DNA from: Myxococcota bacterium
GTDB taxonomy: Bacteria > Myxococcota > JACRCW01
Direction: 5' to 3'
Assembly (NCBI GenBank): GCA_040752415.1
Contig: JBFMGU010000008.1
Span: 1-64,000, forward strand
Length of the DNA: 64,000 nucleotides
How positions within the stretch are numbered: position 1 is the stretch's first letter; each line of letters opens with the position of its first letter. A program made the position numbers and the translations under genes. A model generated the notes under the pieces. It was not told the origin of the DNA and did not search any database. It was given only the letters and a program-made list of their open reading frames with translations. This document shows, in pieces, positions 28,664 to 39,030 of this stretch.

Positions 28664-29887
28664 TCACTCCGCCTTCTCTTCCACCCGATCCACCTCGTCA
28701 TCACCACCCATGGCGCGCAGGCCGCGGAACAGCATCCGGACGCCCACGTCCGCCGGCAGCAGCCCGCACGACGTCATGGCCAGGCTCATGAACCACTTCT
28801 CCAGGTTGCGCGAGTCCGCGGAGGCGGGAGCGGCCTTTGTGTGCGCGCTCGTCGTGGAGGGCGGTGGAGGGCCGATGAAGAGCCACCACCAGGGAACCCA
28901 CGGAGACTCCACGTAGATGTGTGCGGAGGGCGGATCGTCGTCGTGGGTGCGGGAGGGCGGGTCGGGCGGGTCGGACCTGGAATCCTTGGCCAGCATCACC
29001 ACCGCCACCACCGCCAGCACCGCGCCCACCACGATCACCGCGGTCACCGCCGCCACCAGCGCCACCGCCGCCACCGCGTGCGCCACCATCAAGGCCAGGC
29101 CCGCGCTCGCCAACGCAAAGCCCGCCACCATGGCGCGGAGCCGGTTGGGCGCGTTGAAACCGGGCCACCGTCCCAGCAGCGCGCGCTCCAACGCGGGAAT
29201 CGACGTGCGTGAGGAGAGCCGCTCCACCACCGAGCCCTCGCTGTCCTCGGGAGCCACGTCCAACGACGGAGGCACCGCCAGTCCCAGCGCGGTCATTCCC
29301 GACGCCACCGCCCACGCCACCCCACCGGACAACGCCAGCGGGACCATGGCGAGCGAAGCGAGGAGGAACGTGGAGGGCAGCGCCGCAATCCACGGCGAGG
29401 TGCGCACCACCTGCGTATTCAGCACCACCCCCGCCATGGCCGCGCCGGCGATGGCCAGACACACCAGCAACGGCACCGGCGCCACCAACATCCACACGCC
29501 CAATGCCGCGGCAAGACCCGTGGCCCAGGGTTGAGACCGCAGCGGTCCGATGTCCGGGCGATTCTCCACGACGCGCGCGGTGGGGTCTGCCACCGGACGC
29601 GGAGGTTGCTCCACGACGGGCGGCGCAGGATGGGGCGTGGGATCGACGACGGGCGGCGCAGCGGGCGCAACCGGCGGCGACGGTTGGGGCGCGGGCTCCA
29701 CGACGGGAGGTGCAACGGGCTCGGACCCCGGTGGCGGCGTGGGACGCTCCTCGGGAATGGGCGGCTCCTCGGGAAGCGGGGCGGCCTCCGCGGCGGGCAA
29801 TGCGGGAGTGTCGACGGGCTCCGCCGTCTCCGCCGCTCCAGTCTGCGCAACCAACAGTGCAGCCCACAACGTCAATGCAAGGGACAT
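28664..29887 (-). CDS. Hypothetical membrane protein with Pro-rich N-terminal linker
   Basis: Signal-like leader, Pro/Glu linker and several TM segments. Confidence 0.6.
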   Translation of the reverse strand: MSLALTLWAALLVAQTGAAETAEPVDTPALPAAEAAPLPEEPPIPEERPTPPPGSEPVAPPVVEPAPQPSPPVAPAAPPVVDPTPHPAPPVVEQPPRPVADPTARVVENRPDIGPLRSQPWATGLAAALGVWMLVAPVPLLVCLAIAGAAMAGVVLNTQVVRTSPWIAALPSTFLLASLAMVPLALSGGVAWAVASGMTALGLAVPPSLDVAPEDSEGSVVERLSSRTSIPALERALLGRWPGFNAPNRLRAMVAGFALASAGLALMVAHAVAAVALVAAVTAVIVVGAVLAVVAVVMLAKDSRSDPPDPPSRTHDDDPPSAHIYVESPWVPWWWLFIGPPPPSTTSAHTKAAPASADSRNLEKWFMSLAMTSCGLLPADVGVRMLFRGLRAMGGDDEVDRVEEKAE

Positions 29888-30006
29888 GGCAACCCACGAC
29901 GGCAACAACGCCACGCGTGATGTTAGGCCTCGCCCCGCGCGCGTCCAAGGAAGGCTGCGTTGGGGCAACTGGACCGTGCAGAAATGGCGCAGTACACGAG
30001 GGAGGC

Positions 30007-30858
30007 ATGGCCGGTTCGTCGCCACCACCCTGGCTGGATGCCGCGGGCCGCGGGTTGAAGCGCGCCGCGCTGTTCGCCGGTGACATGGGTGTGAAGGCGG
30101 GTCGGTCGCTGGCGGAGGCGTACCGGCTCATTGACCCCGACGTGCGACGTCACCTGGCACACCTGCCGCTGGTGGGCATGACGCACCTGGGTCCCCGCGG
30201 CACACCGCTGCGCGCGCTGGCCGACGACGGAGAACGTCCCATCCTGTTCGTGCACGGCCTGGGCGGACATCCCGGCAACTTCCTGCCCATGCGCGCGTTC
30301 TTCCGTCTGGCGGGACGCACGCGCACCTACGCCGTGAGCTTCCCCGACGGCGCGGAGCTTCCCGCCATGGCGGCGCACCTGCGTGGCGTGCTGGAACGGG
30401 TGTTCAAGGTCAACCAGCTGGACCCGCGTGCCCGCGTCGACATCGTGGCGCACAGCATGGGCGGCATCGTCTCCCGGCTCGCGCTGGCGGACGCGGCTTT
30501 CCGACGACGGGTGCACACCCTGGTCACGCTGGGCACGCCCCACCTGGGCACGCACCTAGCACGTCTGGCCGACTCACCACACACGCGTGCGCTGCGCCCG
30601 GACTCCGTGCTGCTGCGCCAGCTGGAGAAACAGCTTCCCTGGAAGGGACCACCGTCATCGCCACGACTGGTCAGCTTCTGGAGTCGTTCCGACGTGCTCC
30701 TGCTGCCGGCGGGCACCGCGCGCGTGCGGGGCGCGAGCAACGTGGAGGTGGAGGGGTTCACGCACCTCAGCTACCTGATTGAGCCTTCCGCGTGGCGGAT
30801 GGTGCTGGAGACCCTGGCCGCCCCGGCGTCCCCACGGAGACGCGCGCGCCCCGGGTGA
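30007..30858 (+). CDS. Alpha/beta hydrolase (lipase/esterase-like)
   Basis: LFVHGLGG, AHSMGG nucleophile elbow, TLGTPHLG, D...H triad candidates; GGAGG RBS. Confidence 0.88.
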   Translation: MAGSSPPPWLDAAGRGLKRAALFAGDMGVKAGRSLAEAYRLIDPDVRRHLAHLPLVGMTHLGPRGTPLRALADDGERPILFVHGLGGHPGNFLPMRAFFRLAGRTRTYAVSFPDGAELPAMAAHLRGVLERVFKVNQLDPRARVDIVAHSMGGIVSRLALADAAFRRRVHTLVTLGTPHLGTHLARLADSPHTRALRPDSVLLRQLEKQLPWKGPPSSPRLVSFWSRSDVLLLPAGTARVRGASNVEVEGFTHLSYLIEPSAWRMVLETLAAPASPRRRARPG

Positions 30859-30876
30859 CGTCGTCACCAGCGTGTC

Positions 30877-32424
30877 TCAGCGACACTGCTGCGCAATGGC
30901 CCCGCCCACCGGCGTCACCACGCGGTCGGGGAACTGCACGTCGGCCACGTGCCACAGCGCGCAGGAACCGGCCAGGTTCTGGTTGCGCTGCAACGCCACC
31001 TCGGACCGCTCGTCGATGATGATGCGTGCGCTCACCATCGCCGCGCCCTGGTCGTAGGCGTCAAAGTAATGGGCATAGAGCGCGTAGGTGCCGGGCGCGG
31101 GCTCCACCACGGCAATCTCCTCCAGGCCGGGTGCGCTCTCGGTGTCGTGGATGAGCGTGGGATTGTCGTCGGAGAGCTCGTTGCCCCACTCCGGACGCGG
31201 ATCGGCAAAGTGGCAGTCGCCGCTGCCAAAGAGCGTCCCGCCGGGCGCCAGGAGATGGATGTCCACGTCGCCACCGGACTCCCATTCCAGGATGGTGCGC
31301 AGCGCGAACCGCTGGCGGGCCATGACCGTGACCACCGCCGGCACGCTGCTCTGCCCCAGGGAGTCCGTCACCGTGAGGCTGGCCACGTATTCACCCGCCA
31401 CGTCGGGAACAAAGTGCACCGCGGCGGCGGTGGTGCCATCCAGCGTGGCGGCGCTGCCCTCGGGCACCGTGAGCGTCCAGGAGAAGACAATGGGGTCACC
31501 CTGCGGGTCGGAGGACTGCGCGCCGTCCAGCCACACCTCCTTGCCCACCACCGCCTGGTCACCAATGGTGTCATTGAGCACGGCGGTGGCCACGGCAATG
31601 GGCGCGCGGTCATCAAAGCTGGAGGCCAGTACGTGCACGCGCGCCTGCGGCGTGTCGGGGTCATTGCTGTGGATCACCAGCGTGAGGTCCTCATCGACGC
31701 CGTCGGCGGGCGCGTAGATGAGCAGCAGCGGCACCATGCCGAACACGGGGATGACGCCGGCATTGATGGAGGTGCCAATCAGCAGCTCCCCTTCCACGCT
31801 GGGGTTGCCCTCCCAGGTCACGCCGGTGATCTCCAGGTCGTCCGTGCCCGTGTTCCCCACCAGCACCACCTGGCTCTCCTGCTGCTCCCGTCGGACGGCG
31901 TCAAAACGCACCACCATGTCCACGCCGCAGTCCTCCCGCGCGGCCTCCTCGGGACAGACAATGATCTCCGGCCGCGGAGCGGGGACGCCGGTCCATTCCA
32001 CGTCGAGGACCAGCGGCGAGTTCTCGAGGTCATTGCTCTCGATGGTGACCGTGCCCGCGCCCTTCCCCAGCACCCGCGGGGTCACCTCCAGCAACAGGAC
32101 ACCCTGCGCGTCCACGCCCACCTCCCGCGGATAGGCCCGCACGAACAACGCGTCGGGCACGCTGGAGGTGATGCTGTTGATGGTGAGGGTGGTGTCGCCG
32201 CGGTTGAAGATGAAGAACCGGACCTCCTCGGTGAGGCTGAGCGGGTGCTCACCGATGTCGACGGAGCGGTTGCAGTCCTGCTCCGGCGCGGTGTCCGTCT
32301 GGCACACGCTGATGCGCGGCCGCATGTCCGCCAGGCCTTCCTCCGGGCACGCGGGCAGGAGCGTCACGCAGCCCAGCACCACTCCCCAACACCGCACCAT
32401 GTGCCTGCTCTGTCTCGTCGTCAT
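30877..32424 (-). CDS. Lipoprotein with Ig-like (choice-of-anchor D/ASH), PKD-like and YfaP-like domains
   Basis: LLPAC lipobox; N.G...L.I and I.SND..P repeats; LDG..SSDPQGD...SW; DVDIHL...DNPTL..D...PG.E.I. Confidence 0.8.
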   Translation of the reverse strand: MTTRQSRHMVRCWGVVLGCVTLLPACPEEGLADMRPRISVCQTDTAPEQDCNRSVDIGEHPLSLTEEVRFFIFNRGDTTLTINSITSSVPDALFVRAYPREVGVDAQGVLLLEVTPRVLGKGAGTVTIESNDLENSPLVLDVEWTGVPAPRPEIIVCPEEAAREDCGVDMVVRFDAVRREQQESQVVLVGNTGTDDLEITGVTWEGNPSVEGELLIGTSINAGVIPVFGMVPLLLIYAPADGVDEDLTLVIHSNDPDTPQARVHVLASSFDDRAPIAVATAVLNDTIGDQAVVGKEVWLDGAQSSDPQGDPIVFSWTLTVPEGSAATLDGTTAAAVHFVPDVAGEYVASLTVTDSLGQSSVPAVVTVMARQRFALRTILEWESGGDVDIHLLAPGGTLFGSGDCHFADPRPEWGNELSDDNPTLIHDTESAPGLEEIAVVEPAPGTYALYAHYFDAYDQGAAMVSARIIIDERSEVALQRNQNLAGSCALWHVADVQFPDRVVTPVGGAIAQQCR

Positions 32425-32435
32425 GATGTCCTCCT

Positions 32436-35400
32436 TCACCGCGCGCACAGGTTTCCGTACTGCGCCTGGCAGGTCATGCCGCCCGTGCAATTGGCGTTGC
32501 TGGTGCAGCTGTTGTTGAGCCGGCAGGTGTTCCGTCCCGCGCCGGAGCCCAGGTAGCAGGACTCGAACGGGCGACAGTCCCCGTCGGAGTCACAGCGCTT
32601 GGCCGGCACGCAGTCATTGGCGGAGGTGGGGCACGTCCCGGCGGCGCGGCAGTACTTGATGCCCCACTCCACGGTGTTCATGCGGGTCACGGTGCAGCCG
32701 CTGCCGTTCCAGCTGATGCGTGCCGGGATCCACAGCTGGCCCACCTGCAGCTGCTGCCAGCTCACCGGGATCTCGTCGACCAGCGCGCCTTCACAGTAGA
32801 TGCGCACCTTGCCGTTGAGCGCGCCCTCCGGTCCGGTGAGCGCCCCGTCCACCACGGACTGGTCGCAGTACATGTGCACGCCCACGTGGTAGTCGCCCAC
32901 CACGGGATTGGTGGCCACGTTGATGTTCTCCGGCCCGTTCCCGTCGGTGTCGTCGATGTCCAGCGTGGCGTTTCCGTCGGTGGAGCCCACCGGACCCCAG
33001 TCGGTGCTCACGTTGCGCCACCAGCACGCCTTCTCGGCGGTGGACAGGTCAAAGAACGCGCCCAGCGGTGTCTCGTTGGGCTTGGTGAGCAACAGGTCCA
33101 GGTCGCCCACGCTCTCCTGCCAGACCAGCTGCACGTGGATGCGCTGCGGCGGCACGGAGTTGATGGTCACCGTGCAGGTGTCGGACTGTCCGTCGGAGGC
33201 GGTGACGGTGAGCAGCAACTGGTAGGTGCCCGCCAGGTCCACGTAGAAGCCGCTGTTGGCGGAGCTGGGGGACATCGGGTCGGAGGTGGATCCCACCGGC
33301 GCCGAGGTCACCGACCAGCTGTAGCTCAGCGCTCCGCCCGCGGGATTGGTGCTTCCCGAGCCGTTGAGCGTGACGGTGTCCAGCGGCGCCGCGTTGATGG
33401 TGGCCGGGTTGCACACCGCCACCGGTGGTCCGCACGCCTCGTCCACCTGGCCGTCGCAGTCGTCATCCTGCCCGTTGCCGCAGACCTCGCCGGAGGGGTT
33501 GGGACTGCCCGGCGTGACGCTGCACTGCGTGCCGGTTCCGCTGGGCGTGCACATCATGGAACCGGTGCGCTGACAGATGCCGGTGCCCACCGTGCAGGAA
33601 GTACCCACGTTGAATCCCTCGTCGGTCTGGCCGTCGCAGTCGTCGTCCTGGCCGTTGCCGCACAGCTCCCCGGACGCGTTGGGGCTACCCGGCGAGACGC
33701 TGCACTGCGTGCCGGTCCCGCTGGGCGTGCACATCATGGCGCCCGTGCGTGAGCACACCCCGGTGCCCACCGTGCAGGATGTCCCCACGTTGAATCCCTC
33801 GTCGGCCTGGCCGTCGCAGTCGTCGTCCAGCCCGTTGCCGCACAGCTCGCCGGAGGCGTTGGGTGAGCCAGGCGTGGCGCTGCACTGCGTGCCCAGCCCG
33901 TTGGACGAGCACACCATGGTGCCGCTGCGCTGGCAGATGCCCGTGCCCTGGGAACACGCGTCGCCCACGTTGAATCCCTCGTCGGTGGCGGTGTCGCAGT
34001 CGTCGTCCAGCCCGTTGCCGCACAGCTCACCCGACGGATTGGGGGAGCCCGGCGTGGCGTTGCACTGCGTGCCCAGGCCGTCGGCACGACACACCTTCAC
34101 GCCGGACCGGGTGCAGATGCCCACGCCGTTGCTGCAGGAGCTGCCCACGTCGTAACCCTCGTCGGAGACACCGTCGCAGTCGTCGTCCACGCCGTTGCCG
34201 CACAGCTCACCGGAGGGGTTGGGGTCGCCGGGTGGCGCGTCGCAGGTGGTGGAGAGCCCATCCGCGCTGCACGCCTTCACGCCCCAGCGCTGGCACGCCC
34301 CCACGCCGTTGCTGCAGGAGACGCCCACGTCGTAGCCCTCGTCCACCTGGCCGTCGCAGTCGTCGTCCATGCCGTTGCCGCACAGCTCGCCGGCGGCGTT
34401 GGGAGCGCCCGGTGCCGCGCTGCATTCCGTGCCCGCCCCGTCGGCGCGACACAACTTGACACCGCTGCGGGCGCACGCCCCCACGCCCACCGTGCAGGAC
34501 GCACCCACGTCAAATCCCTCGTCGGACTGGCCGTCGCAGTCATCATCCAGGCCGTTGCCGCACAGCTCTCCCAGCGGCTCGCCGGAATCCGCGGTGCACA
34601 TCGTCGTCGTGCCGTCGGGGGAGCAGGCCTTCACGCCGGACTGCTGGCACACCCCCTGGCCTTCCGTGCAGGCGTTGCCCACGTCAAACCCCTCGTCCAC
34701 CGCGCCGTCGCAGTCGTCATCCTGGCTGTTGCCGCACAGCTCGCCCGCGGGGTTGGGATTGCCGGCGGTCACGTTGCAGGTGGTGCCCAGCGCGTTGGGG
34801 GTGCAGATCTTCACGCCGCTCCGACGACACACACCGCTGCCGGCGCTGCACGCGGCGCCCACGTCGTAGCCCTCGTCCACCTGGCCGTCGCAGTCATCAT
34901 CCGCGCCGTTGCCGCACAGCTCACCGGAGGGGTTGGGATTGCCCGGCGCGGCGTTGCACACCGTGGTGAGTCCGTCGGGGCTGCAGATCCTGACGCCCGG
35001 CCGCTGGCACGCGCCCACGCCGTTGTTGCACGCGTCCCCGTCGTCAAAGCCCTCATCCACCAGGCCGTCGCAGTCGTCGTCGATGCCGTTGCCGCACAGC
35101 TCCGCGGCCCCGGCGGCGCCCGGCGCCACGCTGCACTCCAGCCCCAGGCGGTCGGCGCTGCACACCAGCACCCCCTGCCGACGACACGCCCCCAGTCCCA
35201 CGTTGCACGCGGTGCCCAGCGCGCCAAAGTCCTCCTCGCTCTGGCCGTCGCAATCGTCGTCGGCGTCGCCGCCGCACAGCTCGGTCAACGCCGGCTCACC
35301 GGGCGTGGCGCTGCACACCAGGCCGGTGCCGTCGTCGTTGCACACCATGTAGCCTTCACGCTCGCACGCGCCCTGGCCCACGTGACACTCGCCGCCCACC

Positions 35401-36296
35401 GCGAAGCCCTCGTCGGTCTGGCCGTCACAGTCGTCGTCAAGCTGGTTGCCGCAACGCTCGCCGCGCGGGTCCGCGGGAAGCGGCGTGGTGTTGCATTCCG
35501 TACCCAGGCCGCCGGGCGCGCACCGCTGCTCACCGGTGTTGGTGCACACGCCGGTGCCCACGGTGCACGGCGCGCCCACCGAGTAGCCCTCGTCGGACTG
35601 CCCGTCGCAGTCGTCGTCCAGGGCGTTGCCGCACAGCTCACCGTCGGGGTTGGGAGCGTTGGGGACCGCGCCGCACACGGTGGTCCTCCCGTCGGGACCG
35701 CAGACCCGCACCGCGGTGTTGACGCACACGCCGGTGCCGTCGCTGCACGCCTCGCCCAGGTCGGGGAAGTCCTCGTCGGTGAGGCTGTCGCAGTCGTTGT
35801 CGACTCCGTCACAGCGTTCCGGGGTGGGGCCCACGCCGCCCTCGCACACGCCGCTGAACGCGCCATTGCGACAATCCTCCGTGCCGTACTCACACGCGCC
35901 GATCTTGCTGCCACAGAAGCGCCGCTCCCCGTCCGTGCACGTCTCGGGGTCCGCGTCTGGGATCTCGGGGTAATCCGCGGAGGTCACGCAGCGCCCGGTG
36001 GTGACCGCGCAGCGCAGGCCCGCCGGACAGTCCGTATCCCGTCGACAGCCGTCGTCATGCGGGCGCTCCGCGGGATTGGAGCAGAAGCCCTCCTCGCACA
36101 CGTGGCCAAAGGGGCAATCCGCGCTGGACGCGCACGCAATGGCCTCCGACTCCACCGTGGCGGGGCCGGCGTCCGCGTTGCTGCCCTGGGTCGCGGCATT
36201 GGGACAGCCATTGCAGGCACCCAGGAGGAGGAGGATCCCGACTGCAGCCAGCCGAGCCTGCCGCCCGACCGTGCGCCTCAACGGAGCGTGGAACAT
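32436..36296 (-). CDS. Large Cys-rich surface lipoprotein with 14 MopE-like putative metal-binding repeats plus PKD-like and YfaP-like domains
   Basis: LLGAC lipobox; 14 copies of ELCGNGxDDDCDGxxDEG with ~60-aa (180-bp) period; LDIDDTDGNGPENI. Confidence 0.88.
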   Translation of the reverse strand: MFHAPLRRTVGRQARLAAVGILLLLGACNGCPNAATQGSNADAGPATVESEAIACASSADCPFGHVCEEGFCSNPAERPHDDGCRRDTDCPAGLRCAVTTGRCVTSADYPEIPDADPETCTDGERRFCGSKIGACEYGTEDCRNGAFSGVCEGGVGPTPERCDGVDNDCDSLTDEDFPDLGEACSDGTGVCVNTAVRVCGPDGRTTVCGAVPNAPNPDGELCGNALDDDCDGQSDEGYSVGAPCTVGTGVCTNTGEQRCAPGGLGTECNTTPLPADPRGERCGNQLDDDCDGQTDEGFAVGGECHVGQGACEREGYMVCNDDGTGLVCSATPGEPALTELCGGDADDDCDGQSEEDFGALGTACNVGLGACRRQGVLVCSADRLGLECSVAPGAAGAAELCGNGIDDDCDGLVDEGFDDGDACNNGVGACQRPGVRICSPDGLTTVCNAAPGNPNPSGELCGNGADDDCDGQVDEGYDVGAACSAGSGVCRRSGVKICTPNALGTTCNVTAGNPNPAGELCGNSQDDDCDGAVDEGFDVGNACTEGQGVCQQSGVKACSPDGTTTMCTADSGEPLGELCGNGLDDDCDGQSDEGFDVGASCTVGVGACARSGVKLCRADGAGTECSAAPGAPNAAGELCGNGMDDDCDGQVDEGYDVGVSCSNGVGACQRWGVKACSADGLSTTCDAPPGDPNPSGELCGNGVDDDCDGVSDEGYDVGSSCSNGVGICTRSGVKVCRADGLGTQCNATPGSPNPSGELCGNGLDDDCDTATDEGFNVGDACSQGTGICQRSGTMVCSSNGLGTQCSATPGSPNASGELCGNGLDDDCDGQADEGFNVGTSCTVGTGVCSRTGAMMCTPSGTGTQCSVSPGSPNASGELCGNGQDDDCDGQTDEGFNVGTSCTVGTGICQRTGSMMCTPSGTGTQCSVTPGSPNPSGEVCGNGQDDDCDGQVDEACGPPVAVCNPATINAAPLDTVTLNGSGSTNPAGGALSYSWSVTSAPVGSTSDPMSPSSANSGFYVDLAGTYQLLLTVTASDGQSDTCTVTINSVPPQRIHVQLVWQESVGDLDLLLTKPNETPLGAFFDLSTAEKACWWRNVSTDWGPVGSTDGNATLDIDDTDGNGPENINVATNPVVGDYHVGVHMYCDQSVVDGALTGPEGALNGKVRIYCEGALVDEIPVSWQQLQVGQLWIPARISWNGSGCTVTRMNTVEWGIKYCRAAGTCPTSANDCVPAKRCDSDGDCRPFESCYLGSGAGRNTCRLNNSCTSNANCTGGMTCQAQYGNLCAR

Positions 36297-37152
36297 GAGA
36301 ACCCCCTTTGCTGGATGGTGTGGCTCGTCGCGTGGAATGCCGGGGCTGGCCCCGCGACGTGGAGCGTTGTGGTTGCTGTCCCGCGCCGGATGACGAGGAC
36401 GCGCTCTCCGGAGCTCATCCCGTCGGGTCATCCGGCCTGGTGTGCCCACCGTCCGCCGCCAACGTCTCGACGGAGATGATTCACGGGATGTGTTGTGACG
36501 ACGTTCAGGAGACGTGAAGGACCGCAGGACGGTTGGCCCCTCTGCTCCTGCGCGGCAACGAGCGAATCCATTTCCGCATTCCCGACTTCATCTGGCCTGC
36601 TCCTTTGCTTCGGAACACTTCCGGCGTGATACGCACCCGGACGAAGCAATCATGATCCAACGCCACGTCTTCACCGACGGGACGTTGCGCTCACGACTTA
36701 GACTCTTCTTCGGAACACGCGACAGTCACGCTCCGCGGCGAGGCGGTCACGGCGGAACCAGGGACTCCAGCCCGCCGCCAGCTCCTGCCCGCGCACTCCC
36801 TCCAACGGGAGTTGCCGCGGTTGAGGAGCCCACCCGACACCTTCGTTGGGCGCCACCCGGGGAGACCTCCCACTCTCCCGCTCGAGATATGCTGGCGGCC
36901 TCAAGGCATCGCAACGTCGCGCAGCGTTGTGTTTCGTCGACGCGCCGTCGCCACGACGAGAACCGCGCCGCGCGATCTCCTTCCGATCACCTGGCGCCGT
37001 TCCTCGACGGATTTGTGGGCGCGCGCCTGGTGTGGCCGACGGAGCCACATGCTGCGCGCATCTGGAGTGAGGTGTGCGGACCGAAAGGCCGTTCGCCCGT
37101 GGTGTTCGCGACGATGTCGAGGGGGCTCAGCCGGTGGGCATCACGCGCGCCG

Positions 37153-38118
37153 TCACGGGGCCACGTAGGTGCAGACCGGCCCCCACACCACCAGGCCGTC
37201 GCCGAAGAGGCCCACAACGCGGAAGTGGATCCCCTCCCGGAAGAAGCCGCTGTCATTGCCGTACAGGGTCAGCGCGTGGACGGTGTTACTGAGCGGAATG
37301 AGCTCACCGTTTTCCGTCGTCAGCCAGGTGTCCCCTTCGGCCACGCCCAGTCCCCACGTGTTGTCCCCGCGCGAAAACCCCGCGCCAATCTCCGGAGGAA
37401 TCGGCTGATCCCTGACGAGGGTATCCCATTCCTGGCCAAACTGCGCCGTGCCGTCGGCGTCGGTGGTGATGAGGATGAGCGCCACCGCCGGTCCGGTCAC
37501 ATCCACGCGCATCGCGCCGTCGCGGAGGTTGTCGGGCATGAACCCCGTGTCGCCGGTGGCCACCAGGTCCACGGACAGGGAGTCCGGCGCGGTGGCGCAC
37601 GCTCCCACGTCGGGCAGCAGACCCCCGCTGCTGCTGGAGGAGCTGCTGCTGGACGACGTGCTGCTGGAGGTCCCCGTGCTGCTCGACGTGGAAGCGCTCC
37701 CGCTGGAGGAGCTGCTGCTGCCACCCGAGCTGGTGGAGCTGCCCACCGTGCCTCCGTCGGGAGATGCGAACGTGTCCACCACCTCGAGCAGTGTCGTCGT
37801 GGCGGCCGCCGCGCCCATCTCGTCCTCGACGGTGAGCGTCACGTCATAGGACCCCACCTCCCGGTACCGGTGCAGGTGCAGCGACGAGGCGGTGATGAGC
37901 GTGGGGGTGCCGTCGCCGAAATCCCACGCGTAGGAGCGGATGGCGCCGCGGGGGCTCCGGCTCCCGGAACCGTCGGCCATCACGCTCTCCCCCAGCGTGA
38001 CCACGCGCGGCACGGACAGGCGCGCCTCCGGCGCCACGTCGCACGCGACGAGCACGCCGACCACCAGGATGCGCGCCATCACCACCCGCGCGCCCACCAC
38101 GACCCCACGCATTGGCAT
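37153..38118 (-). CDS. PKD-domain lipoprotein with Ser-rich linker
   Basis: YAWDFGDG...H.Y...G.Y.VTLTV.D PKD signature; LVAC lipobox-like; exact start uncertain. Confidence 0.8.
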   Translation of the reverse strand: MPMRGVVVGARVVMARILVVGVLVACDVAPEARLSVPRVVTLGESVMADGSGSRSPRGAIRSYAWDFGDGTPTLITASSLHLHRYREVGSYDVTLTVEDEMGAAAATTTLLEVVDTFASPDGGTVGSSTSSGGSSSSSSGSASTSSSTGTSSSTSSSSSSSSSSGGLLPDVGACATAPDSLSVDLVATGDTGFMPDNLRDGAMRVDVTGPAVALILITTDADGTAQFGQEWDTLVRDQPIPPEIGAGFSRGDNTWGLGVAEGDTWLTTENGELIPLSNTVHALTLYGNDSGFFREGIHFRVVGLFGDGLVVWGPVCTYVAP

Positions 38119-38258
38119 GACCCCGTTCTAGCAGATTCGCGCGACGGTGCGCGCCGGAGGAACCGCATGGCCGCCATGATGTGTCCCGGTTGCGCCGCCG
38201 AGCTGGACGCTGGAGATGGTGCGGGGCGTTGCCGCAACGCGGAGGACATTCCCTCCTG

Positions 38259-38294
38259 CCTTACCGAGCGGTAAGGAGCTCCCCAGAGGTAAGG
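38259..38294. promoter_or_regulatory. Putative TA operator: CCTTACCG-AG-CGGTAAGG plus extra half-site GGTAAGG
   Basis: Perfect 8-bp inverted repeat at 38259-38276 just upstream of the antitoxin ATG. Confidence 0.6.
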
Positions 38295-38295
38295 A

Positions 38296-38541
38296 ATGGA
38301 CTACTACGCCACCGTCACGAGCAAGGGTCAGATCACCATCCCCAAGGCGATTCGAGACGAGCTTGGCCTCGAGCCAGGGGATCGGCTCGTGTTCCGGCGC
38401 GGCAGGGATGGCAAGGTCACCGTGGAGCCGGAGGATGGCGACGTGGCGCGGCTCCGGGGAATGCTCAAACCGCGCCGTCGTGGCGTTTCCCTTGCGGACA
38501 TGGATGCGGCAGTCCGTCGGCGTGCCGGTCGTCGCAGCTGA
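38296..38541 (+). CDS. AbrB/MazE/SpoVT-family antitoxin
   Basis: ATVTSKGQITIPKAIRDELGLEPGDRL. Confidence 0.92.
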   Translation: MDYYATVTSKGQITIPKAIRDELGLEPGDRLVFRRGRDGKVTVEPEDGDVARLRGMLKPRRRGVSLADMDAAVRRRAGRRS

Positions 38542-38549
38542 CACGAACC

Positions 38550-38948
38550 ATGGACGCGCTCGATACCAACGTGTTGGTACGCTACCTCGTGGATGACGAC
38601 GTGCAGCAAGGCGCGCAGGCCGCCGCGCTCATCCAGGCGTCCGATCGACGTCGGCGGAAGCTCTACGTCTCAGACGTGGTCATGGCGGAGCTGGCCTGGG
38701 TGCTTGAGGAAGCGTACGGCTTCACGAGGATGGAAATCGCCGGTGCTGCCCGTGCGGTGCTCTCCAGCCGTGTGTTCTCGTTCCGCGACAAGGCTCGCTT
38801 GGCCCGCGCCGTGTCGGACTTTGAATCGGGTGGCGCGGACTTGTCGGACTACCTGATCAGGCGTGAGGCGGAGTCAGCAGGAGCTGGCCGGCTGTTCACG
38901 TTCGACCGCAAGCTGAGCCGCGAACCGGGCTGCGCCGTCCCGCGCTGA
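38550..38948 (+). CDS. vapC: VapC-family PIN-domain toxin
   Basis: LDTNVLVRYL, E..WVL, D..D.LI and TFDRKL motifs. Confidence 0.9.
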   Translation: MDALDTNVLVRYLVDDDVQQGAQAAALIQASDRRRRKLYVSDVVMAELAWVLEEAYGFTRMEIAGAARAVLSSRVFSFRDKARLARAVSDFESGGADLSDYLIRREAESAGAGRLFTFDRKLSREPGCAVPR

Positions 38949-39030
38949 GGGGGCGACTCGTTGCCGCGCCTCAGTGCAGTGGGAACCCCGTTCTAGCGAT
39001 TCGCGCTACGGTGCGCGTCGGAGGAACCGC

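Noticed and set aside
33450..35820. 180-bp periodic repeats as a CRISPR-like or non-coding array
   Set aside because: They are in-frame coding repeats with synonymous variation inside one ORF.
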